Shown: in pieces, positions 53,702 to 61,720 of the stretch | How positions within the stretch are numbered: the first letter of the stretch is position 1 | Layout of the letters: each line of letters starts with the position of its first letter | Assembly (NCBI GenBank): GCA_029855935.1 | Contig: JAGSHN010000031.1 | Span: 73,650 to 137,649, forward strand | Direction: 5' to 3' | Length of the DNA stretch: 64,000 nt | From: Candidatus Thorarchaeota archaeon | Lineage (GTDB): Archaea > Asgardarchaeota > Thorarchaeia > Thorarchaeales > Thorarchaeaceae | The notes under the pieces: model-generated | Databases searched by the model: none | What the model saw: the letters and a program-made list of their open reading frames with translations, nothing else | What the model was told of the DNA's origin: nothing | Made by a program: the position numbers and the translations under genes

Positions 53702-54514
53702 CTACTTGCCCTTGAACTTTCCACGGCGCTTCTCAAAGACTGCAGTGATGCCCTCAGCGAGGTCTTCGGTCTTGAAGCACTCTACAGCAGCGTCGACCTC
53801 AAACTGAAGGTTCTCCTCATACGATGCCTCGAAGGCCATATGGGTCGCCTGCTTGGCGAGCTTCAGCGCTATCGGTGCATTGCCCCCGAACTTGGCACCG
53901 TACCACATCGCCTGACTCAGGAGCTCATCGGGCTTGGTCACCTTACTGATTAGACCAATCTGCAGGGCCTCCTGCGCACTGATTTGTCCCCCCGTGAGAA
54001 TGAGCTCCAATGCCCTCCCAAGACCGACTATCCGCGCGAGCCTGACACAGCCGCCCCATGCCGGGATGAGGCCAAGGCTGACCTCTGGTGCGCCAATCTT
54101 CGCCTCTTCATCAGCAATCCGGATGTCACAGGCGAGAGCAATCTCCGTACCGCCGCCAAGACACAGACCGTGAATGGCGGCGATGACGGGCTTGCTAAAC
54201 CTTGCAATCTTGTCAATAGCCTTTTGGCCCATCGCGACAAGCTCGCGGACCTCGTCAGGCTTACCAAGCAGTCCCTGGGCCATCTTCAGGTCTGCGCCCG
54301 TACAAAACACCTTGTCGTGATTGGAGGCGAGTACCACAGACCGCACATCTTGGTCTTTCTCGGCCTCATCCAGCGCGGCAATCAGGTCCTTGATGAACTG
54401 GTCATTGATGGCGTTCAGTGCATCCAGCCGGTTGAACTTTATCAGGGCCACATTCTTCACAGGCGAGAGGAAGGACCCTGCCTTCTCATAGGTCATTGTC
54501 TCAAACTCTGGCAT
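53702..54514 (-). CDS. Enoyl-CoA hydratase (crotonase)
   Basis: FCTGADL, CLGGGTE, PEVSLGLIPAWGG; ATG 54514 behind GAGGTG. Confidence 0.92.
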   Translation of the reverse strand: MPEFETMTYEKAGSFLSPVKNVALIKFNRLDALNAINDQFIKDLIAALDEAEKDQDVRSVVLASNHDKVFCTGADLKMAQGLLGKPDEVRELVAMGQKAIDKIARFSKPVIAAIHGLCLGGGTEIALACDIRIADEEAKIGAPEVSLGLIPAWGGCVRLARIVGLGRALELILTGGQISAQEALQIGLISKVTKPDELLSQAMWYGAKFGGNAPIALKLAKQATHMAFEASYEENLQFEVDAAVECFKTEDLAEGITAVFEKRRGKFKGK

Positions 54515-54600
54515 CTTGTGCACCTCATAGAGACTTTAGGACTCTGGACTGAAGTCCCGACTAATAAACCTCCGCAATCACTGAGGGGATCTCAGAAGAC

Positions 54601-54640
54601 AGAAGAAAAAGAGAGATGGAGGGCAGGGGTGGACCTGCCC
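54601..54640 (-). terminator. Hairpin plus U-tract after the 3-hydroxyacyl-CoA dehydrogenase
   Basis: GGGCAGG/CCTGCCC stem then minus-strand CTCTCTTTTTCTTCT. Confidence 0.55.
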
Positions 54641-54650
54641 CTCTGAGATG

Positions 54651-55775
54651 CTACTGTAGCATCTTTGGCGTGCTGTAGCAGTCGCCAAGCTCCGCCTGGA
54701 GCTTCTCCAGCTCGGCCCGAATGGTGTCGTAGCCGAGCGCCTCGGCCATCTCGAATGGCCCACGTGGGAAGTTGGCTCCAAGCTTCATAGCCTTGTCGAT
54801 GTCCCCCTTCGTGGCAATCCCCTCGTCGACGAGGATCATCGCCTCCCGTATGACGGGGACCGAGATTCGTTTCACAAGCCACTCCGGGTCAGCACCCTTG
54901 GGCGGCTCCTCCTTTGGCGGGGCCCCACCGTATTCGTAGAAGCCCTTCTTTGTCTTTGTGCCCAGAGCTCCGCCCTCGACCAGCTTGACGAGTGTCTCCG
55001 GCGGCTTGAAGCAGTCCCCTAGCTCCCTGTAGAGGGTCTCCATCGTGTGCAGCGCTATGTCAAGTCCGACAAAGTCCCCCAGGACGAACGGCCCCGCGGG
55101 GAACTTTCCGTGAACTGTCATCGCACTGTCTATCTCCTCCTTCGTGGCGACACCCCGCTCATAGAGAAGGATGGCCTCGCGGAGGACCGGCATCAACACG
55201 CGATTGACTATGAAGCCCGGACTGTTCTTGGCCTTGACGGGGATCTTGCCCTGCCTCTCAGCGACTGTGATCGCAGTCTGGATTGTATCCTCGCTGGTCT
55301 TCTCGCCGATGACTATCTCGACCAGCTTCATCGCGGCGACGGGTGAGAAGTAATGCATTCCGATGAACTTCTCGGGTCGCTTTGTCGCACTGGCGAGTTC
55401 ATCGATGCTCAATGACGATGTGTTGGAGGCGAGTATTGTGTGCTCCGGTGCCTGTTCGTCCAGTGAGGCGAAGACCTTCTTCTTCACCTCCATGTTCTCA
55501 AAGATCGCCTCGATGACCAAATCGGCATCCTTGACGGCCTCGGCCTGGTCTGTCGTTGCTCTGAGCCGGCTCATCAGACCCTCAGCCTCGGCAAGGGATA
55601 TCTTCCCTTTGTCGATGCCGGTCATCACGTCACCGCGAATACGCTCCATACCAGCGTCTATGGCCTCCTGCTTGATGTCCACCATTGTGACATCAAAGCC
55701 GTTCCACGCTGAGACGTAGGCGATTCCCGAGCCCATGAGGCCCGCACCAATGACGGCAATCCTCTTGACTTCCAC
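54651..55775 (-). CDS. 3-hydroxyacyl-CoA dehydrogenase with duplicated C-terminal domain
   Basis: GAGLMGSGIA, IEAIFE, SNTSSL, GMHYFSP, PGFIVNR, two IDxAM-x2-G-x3-P-x-GPF units. Confidence 0.95.
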   Translation of the reverse strand: MEVKRIAVIGAGLMGSGIAYVSAWNGFDVTMVDIKQEAIDAGMERIRGDVMTGIDKGKISLAEAEGLMSRLRATTDQAEAVKDADLVIEAIFENMEVKKKVFASLDEQAPEHTILASNTSSLSIDELASATKRPEKFIGMHYFSPVAAMKLVEIVIGEKTSEDTIQTAITVAERQGKIPVKAKNSPGFIVNRVLMPVLREAILLYERGVATKEEIDSAMTVHGKFPAGPFVLGDFVGLDIALHTMETLYRELGDCFKPPETLVKLVEGGALGTKTKKGFYEYGGAPPKEEPPKGADPEWLVKRISVPVIREAMILVDEGIATKGDIDKAMKLGANFPRGPFEMAEALGYDTIRAELEKLQAELGDCYSTPKMLQ

Positions 55776-55788
55776 GGCATCGCCTCCT

Positions 55789-56148
55789 CTACATCGCTGA
55801 CATCATCACTTGGAGTATGAGGTTCGCAAGCGGATTGCTCTCATGAGCATTGCCGATGACTGTCAGTGATCCCTCCTTCATCGTCTGTTTGAACGGCACC
55901 TCACCAGTGAAGATGTTGAGGAGCGTCTGGGCAGAGGCCTTGTAGGTCACGTCCGGACTGGGATAGATGCCGTCGTGGAGACTCATCCCGTCTTTTGTGA
56001 CGACAATGTATTGGGGACCGTCCTCGGTGAACACCTGTAGAATCTTGCCATCGTAGGGGCCAACCCACTCGGCAAGATACTTCTTCAGTTCGGGCTTCTC
56101 GTTGACCTTTGAGATCAGGAACTTGAAGAACTCCTGTAGCTGTGACAT
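55789..56148 (-). CDS. SCP2 sterol/lipid-binding domain protein
   Basis: PDVTYKAS-x-QTL-x2-IFTG...GSLTVIGN pattern; 119 aa; in a lipid operon. Confidence 0.8.
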   Translation of the reverse strand: MSQLQEFFKFLISKVNEKPELKKYLAEWVGPYDGKILQVFTEDGPQYIVVTKDGMSLHDGIYPSPDVTYKASAQTLLNIFTGEVPFKQTMKEGSLTVIGNAHESNPLANLILQVMMSAM

Positions 56149-56152
56149 TCTA

Positions 56153-56425
56153 TCAGTCCTCCTTCGCCATCCACTCTGCGATTGCCTCCTTCACGGCGGC
56201 GTCCACAGAGGATGCCCAGATGTTGCCCTTACGCTCACGGACCTTGTCCAAGAAGGCGTCGTACTCGTCACCATCCATCAACACGACTATGCGTCCCTTT
56301 CGGTCGTTGATGAAGGCCTGGTGGTACATCTTCTTGGAGGTCCAGTACTCGTGCTCGATGTCACCCTCTTTCAGCCTTGGGTAGAAGGGCCACTCTCCGG
56401 ATGGATGCTTTCTGAATCTCGCCAT
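56153..56425 (-). CDS. Small hypothetical protein with C-terminal RHH-like segment
   Basis: IVVLMDGDEYDAF...VDAAVKEAIAEWM; tightly coupled in operon. Confidence 0.65.
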   Translation of the reverse strand: MARFRKHPSGEWPFYPRLKEGDIEHEYWTSKKMYHQAFINDRKGRIVVLMDGDEYDAFLDKVRERKGNIWASSVDAAVKEAIAEWMAKED

Positions 56426-56426
56426 C

Positions 56427-56690
56427 TCACTCCTTCCTCCATTTCTTCACAAGATCGCCGGTTGCCTCAAGGAAACCGGGGCGGAAGGGCCACTGGACTA
56501 CATATCTCATCCCCTTCACGCCATCCACCTCGCCCTTGGACCAACGGCCAGTATAGACACGTCCGCCAGTGTTCCTGCAGAACTCATGTATCACAATCTC
56601 GACGAGGCCCTCGGGCCGGACCCCCGCCTCGTCAGCAAGCTCGTAAAGCTTCTTCATTGTCTCTTCGTTGAAGCTTACCTCCATCGTCAC
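56427..56690 (-). CDS. Small hypothetical protein with N-terminal RHH-like segment
   Basis: MEVSFNEETMKKLYELADEAGV-x3-GLVEIVIHEF; start GTG 56690 or ATG 56684. Confidence 0.65.
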   Translation of the reverse strand: MTMEVSFNEETMKKLYELADEAGVRPEGLVEIVIHEFCRNTGGRVYTGRWSKGEVDGVKGMRYVVQWPFRPGFLEATGDLVKKWRKE

Positions 56691-56691
56691 A

Positions 56692-57462
56692 TCACTCCTC
56701 CTTCTTCCTGAAGGCAAGCCGCTTGTACGGCAGACCCCAGCGCTCCTGGTACATCAGGCCCTCAAGCGGAGGCCGGCTTGGCCCAAGCTGTCGTGCCTTG
56801 CTCGGCTTCCCGATGCAGAATGCTGTCAGGGGCTTCCACATCGGAGGAATGCCAAGCCGATCACGTATGAGCTCGGCGTGTCGTGGGTCAGAACATACGA
56901 GCGCCTCATATCCGCAGCCGTAGCCCAGTTCTGTGGCGACTAGCCACATGTTCGTAACAGCCATCCCTGCGACGACCGAGCCGAAGAGGTCGAGCGGATA
57001 CAGGTAGCCAGCGTCGTGCCACGACTCACTGGCACAGACGACTATCACTGTGTCGCTCTTCTCAGGATAGCGGAACAACTCGCCGTCTCTGAGACGCGCA
57101 TAGACCGCTGCGCGATACGGGTCCGTGATGAACCAGTTCCTACCGCTCGTCAGCTCGAACGGCGCGCCACCAAAGGCGGTCTGTGCCATCTCCTGGGCTA
57201 TGTCGGCAAGGAACTCCTTGGTCTCCTGGTCATCACGAATCACAATAAACCGGATCATAAGCATGTTCTCAGGACTCGGTGCGTGGCGTGCCGCCTCCAG
57301 TATCATCTCGATGTGCTCATCGGGAATCTTCTCACCCGTGAACTCCCGGATGGACCTACGCTCCCTGATGAGCTGAATGGACTGAAGCTCCTCCGTGGTC
57401 GTCGGAGTCTCAGCGGCTGCACCAGATGAGTCCGTCTTGGTCTCGGTAGTGCCTCCAGACAT
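56692..57462 (-). CDS. Nitroreductase-family flavoprotein
   Basis: ERRSIREF, EAARHAPSPEN, NMWLVATELGYG, IGKP, RPPL. Confidence 0.9.
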   Translation of the reverse strand: MSGGTTETKTDSSGAAAETPTTTEELQSIQLIRERRSIREFTGEKIPDEHIEMILEAARHAPSPENMLMIRFIVIRDDQETKEFLADIAQEMAQTAFGGAPFELTSGRNWFITDPYRAAVYARLRDGELFRYPEKSDTVIVVCASESWHDAGYLYPLDLFGSVVAGMAVTNMWLVATELGYGCGYEALVCSDPRHAELIRDRLGIPPMWKPLTAFCIGKPSKARQLGPSRPPLEGLMYQERWGLPYKRLAFRKKEE

Positions 57463-57780
57463 ATTGACACCTCTACTTGTCGTGAATAGTCCCAGATGAT
57501 AAGATTCCGCCTAAAATGTATTCCGAGAAGATGGGCAATGGTATGTGAGTATTTGGCCCATATTTGTGGGATAATGGCCGGACCACACAAGCAGACATAA
57601 GAGCGACCTGCAGTGCACAGTACAGACGCGCACCGAGATACTCATCATCTCTCCTCCCGGCAACTGACGTGCGCGTCATCTCCCTTCTGCAGAACCTCTC
57701 CTCTGCGCAGCAGTCACTCTGACAGCAGTGGCTGGCGGCTTGCCATTCGTGAGAGCGACTAGTGTCTGATGCTGTCTTTG

Positions 57781-57795
57781 GTGAGTATTACTCAC
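57781..57795. promoter_or_regulatory. Perfect palindrome GTGAGTA-T-TACTCAC containing AGTATTACT (aCcr1-box-like)
   Basis: Read directly; about 90 bp upstream of the CdrS-like gene; GTGAGTATT repeated at 57545-57553. Confidence 0.65.
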
Positions 57796-57886
57796 AGCCA
57801 TATTGCGGTATGACCGAGAGTGGTATCAGGCCAGTACCGTGGTCCCAATTGTCGGGGCCGGGTCTGGACAGAGGTTCAGGTGAGAG

Positions 57887-58030
57887 ATGATGAAGCTGGT
57901 CACACTACACGTTCCCGAGACCTACATAGACGGTCTGGAGAAGCTAGTAAAGAACAATCTGTATCCAAACAGGTCCGAGGCCATAAGGATTGCAATTCGC
58001 GATCTGTTGAAGCGAGAGCTGTGGGGATGA
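57887..58030 (+). CDS. cdrS: CdrS/aCcr1-type ribbon-helix-helix transcription factor (47 aa, absent from ORF track)
   Basis: MMKLVTLHVPETYIDGLEKLVKNNLYPNRSEAIRIAIRDLLKRELWG; AGGTGA SD. Confidence 0.85.
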   Translation: MMKLVTLHVPETYIDGLEKLVKNNLYPNRSEAIRIAIRDLLKRELWG

Positions 58031-58086
58031 TCTCAGGCCGTTCCCACAGGCAAGATTAATATCATTTCATAGACGCGAATAAGTCT

Positions 58087-59112
58087 GTGTGCACAGACAA
58101 GGACACGCCGGGAGAGCCCTCCACACACGGGGCGGGCCTCGATACCTCCACACAGATAGTTGTAGGTGGTAAGAGGTCCACCGTTGGCTGCCCTTGTTTT
58201 ATGGACCTCGGAACCGAAACGATATGCATCAACGGCGATCAAGTACGGCCGGTATCCTACGTCAGAGTGCAGAACGGCACGCCAATTGAGATTGACACCT
58301 ACGTGAGAAACAAGTCGACAAGTGACAGGCTCGAGTGCATCCCCTGCTGTGCGACCGTTGACGTGGGGTCACCCGACGGGTATGCCTATTGCACAGTCAC
58401 AGGCGAGCCGTTGGTGATCAACGGCAGACAGGTACGGAGCGCGGACATTGAGGATGCACTGCAGTTCGTGCTCTTCTCAGGAGCGGAGGACGCCGAGACA
58501 TGCTCTCCGTGTATCTACAAGTACCTGGTGACAATTGGCGGTTTCTTCGAGCACGAGATGGGCCCAGAAGAAACTCGGACAGCCATTGAGGAGTACCTGC
58601 GGTTTCTTGCACGGGATACAGGAGCCAGACGATGGACCGCAGAGGAGGCTGGTGACCTGTACAAGGGCATTCTTCGCTCGCATCTGCACGAGCTGGCCCG
58701 TGAGAAACGTGCTTGGTCCGAGCTGGCCGCTCGTACGTCAGCGGGAGACATATCGGAGCGAGTTCGCGAACTGCTCAACATGTACAGGAGTGCCGCTAGA
58801 ATCGATATGATACTCCACGCTCAGCTCCTCACTCTGTGGGAAGACGAAGGCAATACCCCGGTGAGTGCGGCGACCCTCAGGGACACAGCCAAGAAAATAG
58901 TCGGCCTCTGTGGCAAGATTCATCAGGTCTCTGATGAACTTCTTCGTGAGGCCATTCCTGAGGACATCAGGAGGACCATTAGGCATCACCAAGACAACCG
59001 GAGGAGCCTTGAGGAGAGAGTACAGGTCCTTCTTGAGGCTCTTGACCATCATTCGGCAGAGATGCCAGGCCTCAGAGCCCCTCGGGATAGCAGTGAAGCA
59101 AAACACACGTGA
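58087..59112 (+). CDS. Cys-rich hypothetical protein (paralogue A)
   Basis: GCPCF, DIEDALQF, AETCSPCIYK; ATTAATAT at 58055-58062 suggests own promoter; start uncertain. Confidence 0.72.
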   Translation: MCTDKDTPGEPSTHGAGLDTSTQIVVGGKRSTVGCPCFMDLGTETICINGDQVRPVSYVRVQNGTPIEIDTYVRNKSTSDRLECIPCCATVDVGSPDGYAYCTVTGEPLVINGRQVRSADIEDALQFVLFSGAEDAETCSPCIYKYLVTIGGFFEHEMGPEETRTAIEEYLRFLARDTGARRWTAEEAGDLYKGILRSHLHELAREKRAWSELAARTSAGDISERVRELLNMYRSAARIDMILHAQLLTLWEDEGNTPVSAATLRDTAKKIVGLCGKIHQVSDELLREAIPEDIRRTIRHHQDNRRSLEERVQVLLEALDHHSAEMPGLRAPRDSSEAKHT

Positions 59113-59131
59113 CAGTGGAAACCAATCTGGG

Positions 59132-60094
59132 ATGGCGCAGATGACAAGCGGAGATAGCGAGATTAGGCTGGTCCGAGGTTGCCCGTGCTTCAAGACCTTC
59201 GGAGACGAAACTCTCTGTGTCAACAATGACGAGATCCTAGAGGTCGATGTCATCGAGATAGACCCGGCCATCTTCACATTCCACAAGACAAGAGAGGACA
59301 TCGCCAGGGAGATGGTCGGTGATGGTGTGACGTGCTATGCTGCAATCTACGTGAACTACCCCGACAACAGTGTCTACTGCATCTCCCAGGGATGGAAGTT
59401 GAGGATTCACGGACGGGATGTCCCAGGCACTGACCTTGAGGATGCACTGCAGTTCCTCTCAACAAAGGACCTACACGCCACCGCGGAGATCTGCAGTGAG
59501 TGCCTCTACAAGTTTCTCCTCACTCTTGCTGACACCTTTGCCGATACTATGTCAAAGGAGGAGAAGACGCAAGAGATCAAGAAGTACGTTGACAAGTTCT
59601 CGATGATGGTCGCGGTGAAGCATAGTCAGGTCGACTCGATGATGCGCCCCATCGGTAGTGAGGAGGACATCGACAAGACCACGGACAGATTTCAGTTCAT
59701 CAGGGAGTATCTCGTACAGCTTTTGGACCAGCAGCAGTACTGGATGGAGTTGGAGCGACAGCTGACCGAGGAGGGGGCTGACGAGTGGCTGATAGACCTC
59801 GTGAGGAAGAGGGAGAGACTTGCTCGCTTCGAGTTCCAGTTCTACAGCCAGACACTTCAGCTGAGGGACATCAATGACTTCAATCTGATGATCAAGATGC
59901 TATCATTCATTCTCAAGACTGCCGATGAGATACTGAAGGTGAACGCGGAGATACACGATGCCATTCGATCGAAGAAGTTCAAACAGATGGTGGAGAGAGA
60001 CAAACGACTCTCACCTCTTGCAGAATACGCCAAGAAGAGCCGTATTGTTGAACACAACTTCGGGAACATTCTACAGATATTGACGAGAATCTGA
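59132..60094 (+). CDS. Cys-rich hypothetical protein (paralogue B)
   Basis: GCPCF, DLEDALQF, AEICSECLYK; ATG 59132 or 59141. Confidence 0.78.
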   Translation: MAQMTSGDSEIRLVRGCPCFKTFGDETLCVNNDEILEVDVIEIDPAIFTFHKTREDIAREMVGDGVTCYAAIYVNYPDNSVYCISQGWKLRIHGRDVPGTDLEDALQFLSTKDLHATAEICSECLYKFLLTLADTFADTMSKEEKTQEIKKYVDKFSMMVAVKHSQVDSMMRPIGSEEDIDKTTDRFQFIREYLVQLLDQQQYWMELERQLTEEGADEWLIDLVRKRERLARFEFQFYSQTLQLRDINDFNLMIKMLSFILKTADEILKVNAEIHDAIRSKKFKQMVERDKRLSPLAEYAKKSRIVEHNFGNILQILTRI

Positions 60095-60098
60095 GCCC

Positions 60099-61046
60099 TC
60101 AGACAGGCCCGAGGGTTCTCACCAGCCATCGAACGTACTTCCGAACGCCATCTTCGATTGGAGTGCGTCTCGTCCATCCAAACGACTTCAGAAGCGAGAT
60201 GTCAATGTCTGTGATCACCACGTCGCCAGCCCAGCCGCGTTCTGTGCCAGTGTAGACTATTCTTGCGTCCGATGCGCCTACCTCCTGCGTCACAATCTCA
60301 GCGATGCGTCGTACTGTCAGTCGCTCACCCGAGGAGATGTTTACGGGCAGATAGCCCTTGCCCATCCGCTCTGCCATGAGCAGGACGGCATCAATGGCAT
60401 CATCAATGTACATGTAGGCCTTCTCCTGCCGCCCGTCACCAAGAACCTCTAACTTCGATGGGTCGCGTCTGAGCTTCATGTAGAAGTCGTAGATCACGCC
60501 GTGAGTGGAACGCGGACCGATCACATTACCAAAGCGCAGGCTCACAGCATCAATGCCGTAGAGTGAGGCATAGGAGGAGAGGTACATCTCCACAGCACCC
60601 TTTGCGGCACCGTAGTTGCTTATTGGCCGAAAGGGAGTCGACTCGGGTGTTGGAAAGACGTCTGTCTCACCGTAGACGGTGCCACCAGAGGAGGCGAACA
60701 GTATCCGTGGGACATCTAGTCTGCGCATCGCCTCGAGAACCCTCAGACTACCGACCACGTTGACCTCAAAGTCCTTCATCGGGTTGCTGACGCTGAGGCG
60801 AACATCCGGCTGCGCAGCAAAGTGGAACACGGTGGTTGCCTCCTGCATGGCCTCGAACACATCAGACTCATCTGTCACGGAGCCTCTTGTGAAACGAAAG
60901 TTGGGACTGCCCTTGTGAGTGTTGAGATTGTCGAGGCTCCCCCCAGACAGATCATCGAGTACTACCACCTCGTAGTCGCCGACGAGCCTGTCCACAAGGT
61001 GGCTTCCGATGAATCCTGCACCGCCCGTGACAAGCACGCGTTCCAT
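60099..61046 (-). CDS. NAD-dependent epimerase/dehydratase (UDP-glucose 4-epimerase-like SDR)
   Basis: TGGAGFIGSHL, YGAAK, LRFGNVIG, GDGRQEK. Confidence 0.93.
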   Translation of the reverse strand: MERVLVTGGAGFIGSHLVDRLVGDYEVVVLDDLSGGSLDNLNTHKGSPNFRFTRGSVTDESDVFEAMQEATTVFHFAAQPDVRLSVSNPMKDFEVNVVGSLRVLEAMRRLDVPRILFASSGGTVYGETDVFPTPESTPFRPISNYGAAKGAVEMYLSSYASLYGIDAVSLRFGNVIGPRSTHGVIYDFYMKLRRDPSKLEVLGDGRQEKAYMYIDDAIDAVLLMAERMGKGYLPVNISSGERLTVRRIAEIVTQEVGASDARIVYTGTERGWAGDVVITDIDISLLKSFGWTRRTPIEDGVRKYVRWLVRTLGPV

Positions 61047-61108
61047 CTCTCTCACCAAGAACCGGAACTCTGAGCGTCGACTGGGGAGAATCACATAAAC
61101 CTGCCGGG

Positions 61109-61720
61109 TCAGGACTGAAACGTCGGCTCGGAGAGAATGGCACTGATCACGTCGGCAGCAGTGGGCTCAGGAACCTCGCTGTTCCAACGTCCTGCAAATC
61201 GTCTGAAGGCGGCTATCTCCTCAAGTACGACGACACCTGTCTGAAAGAGCCACAACTCCGAAACCGTGGGGCCACGACCTACACCGGGACAGATGTGTAC
61301 GTTGGCGCTCAGACCCCAGACGATCTCTTCATCTCTGATGTCAAAGGTGAAAGGAAATGTGGTACACGTCCCGGGGCGGACGGGATAGATAAGACACTGA
61401 GTCTCGTGGAGAAATATGCAGCGTCCTAGGTCATCTTTCTTGAGAGAGATATATGCAGGTCCCCTCTCCGTCATCACTGCAGGCAGAAATCTGAGCCCCG
61501 CAGGCACATCCCCCAACTCTGAGGGCACGTAGAAGTCGATGGCACGAAGTATCTGACGTGCAGTCAGTCTGAGTGCACGTGCAATACGTACCAAGTCGTG
61601 GCCCGTGAGTGTGACTATCATATTCTCCTGACTGCAGCAGGCTCCACAGCGCTGGCACTCAAAACGTACTGGTTCCCTGCGAGTGTCAGGTCGCAGGCGT
61701 AGTGGGAAGACGTTTGACAT
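61109..61720 (-). CDS. YkgJ-family Cys-cluster protein
   Basis: CQRCGACC, CIFL-x4-CLIYPVRPGTCTTFPF, CPG. Confidence 0.88.
   Translation of the reverse strand: MSNVFPLRLRPDTRREPVRFECQRCGACCSQENMIVTLTGHDLVRIARALRLTARQILRAIDFYVPSELGDVPAGLRFLPAVMTERGPAYISLKKDDLGRCIFLHETQCLIYPVRPGTCTTFPFTFDIRDEEIVWGLSANVHICPGVGRGPTVSELWLFQTGVVVLEEIAAFRRFAGRWNSEVPEPTAADVISAILSEPTFQS

Noticed and set aside
57463-57780. Long intergenic region as a tRNA or structured ncRNA
   Set aside because: No cloverleaf or recognisable RNA family by eye; a covariance-model search would be needed
58910-59131. N-terminal extension of paralogue B (likewise 24251-24427 for RsmB and 39706-39831 for the CCG protein)
   Set aside because: Overlaps the preceding gene in another frame; homology begins downstream
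61686-61720. 35-bp overlap of aminotransferase and YkgJ genes as a possible frameshift
   Set aside because: Both proteins appear complete; short overlaps are common here
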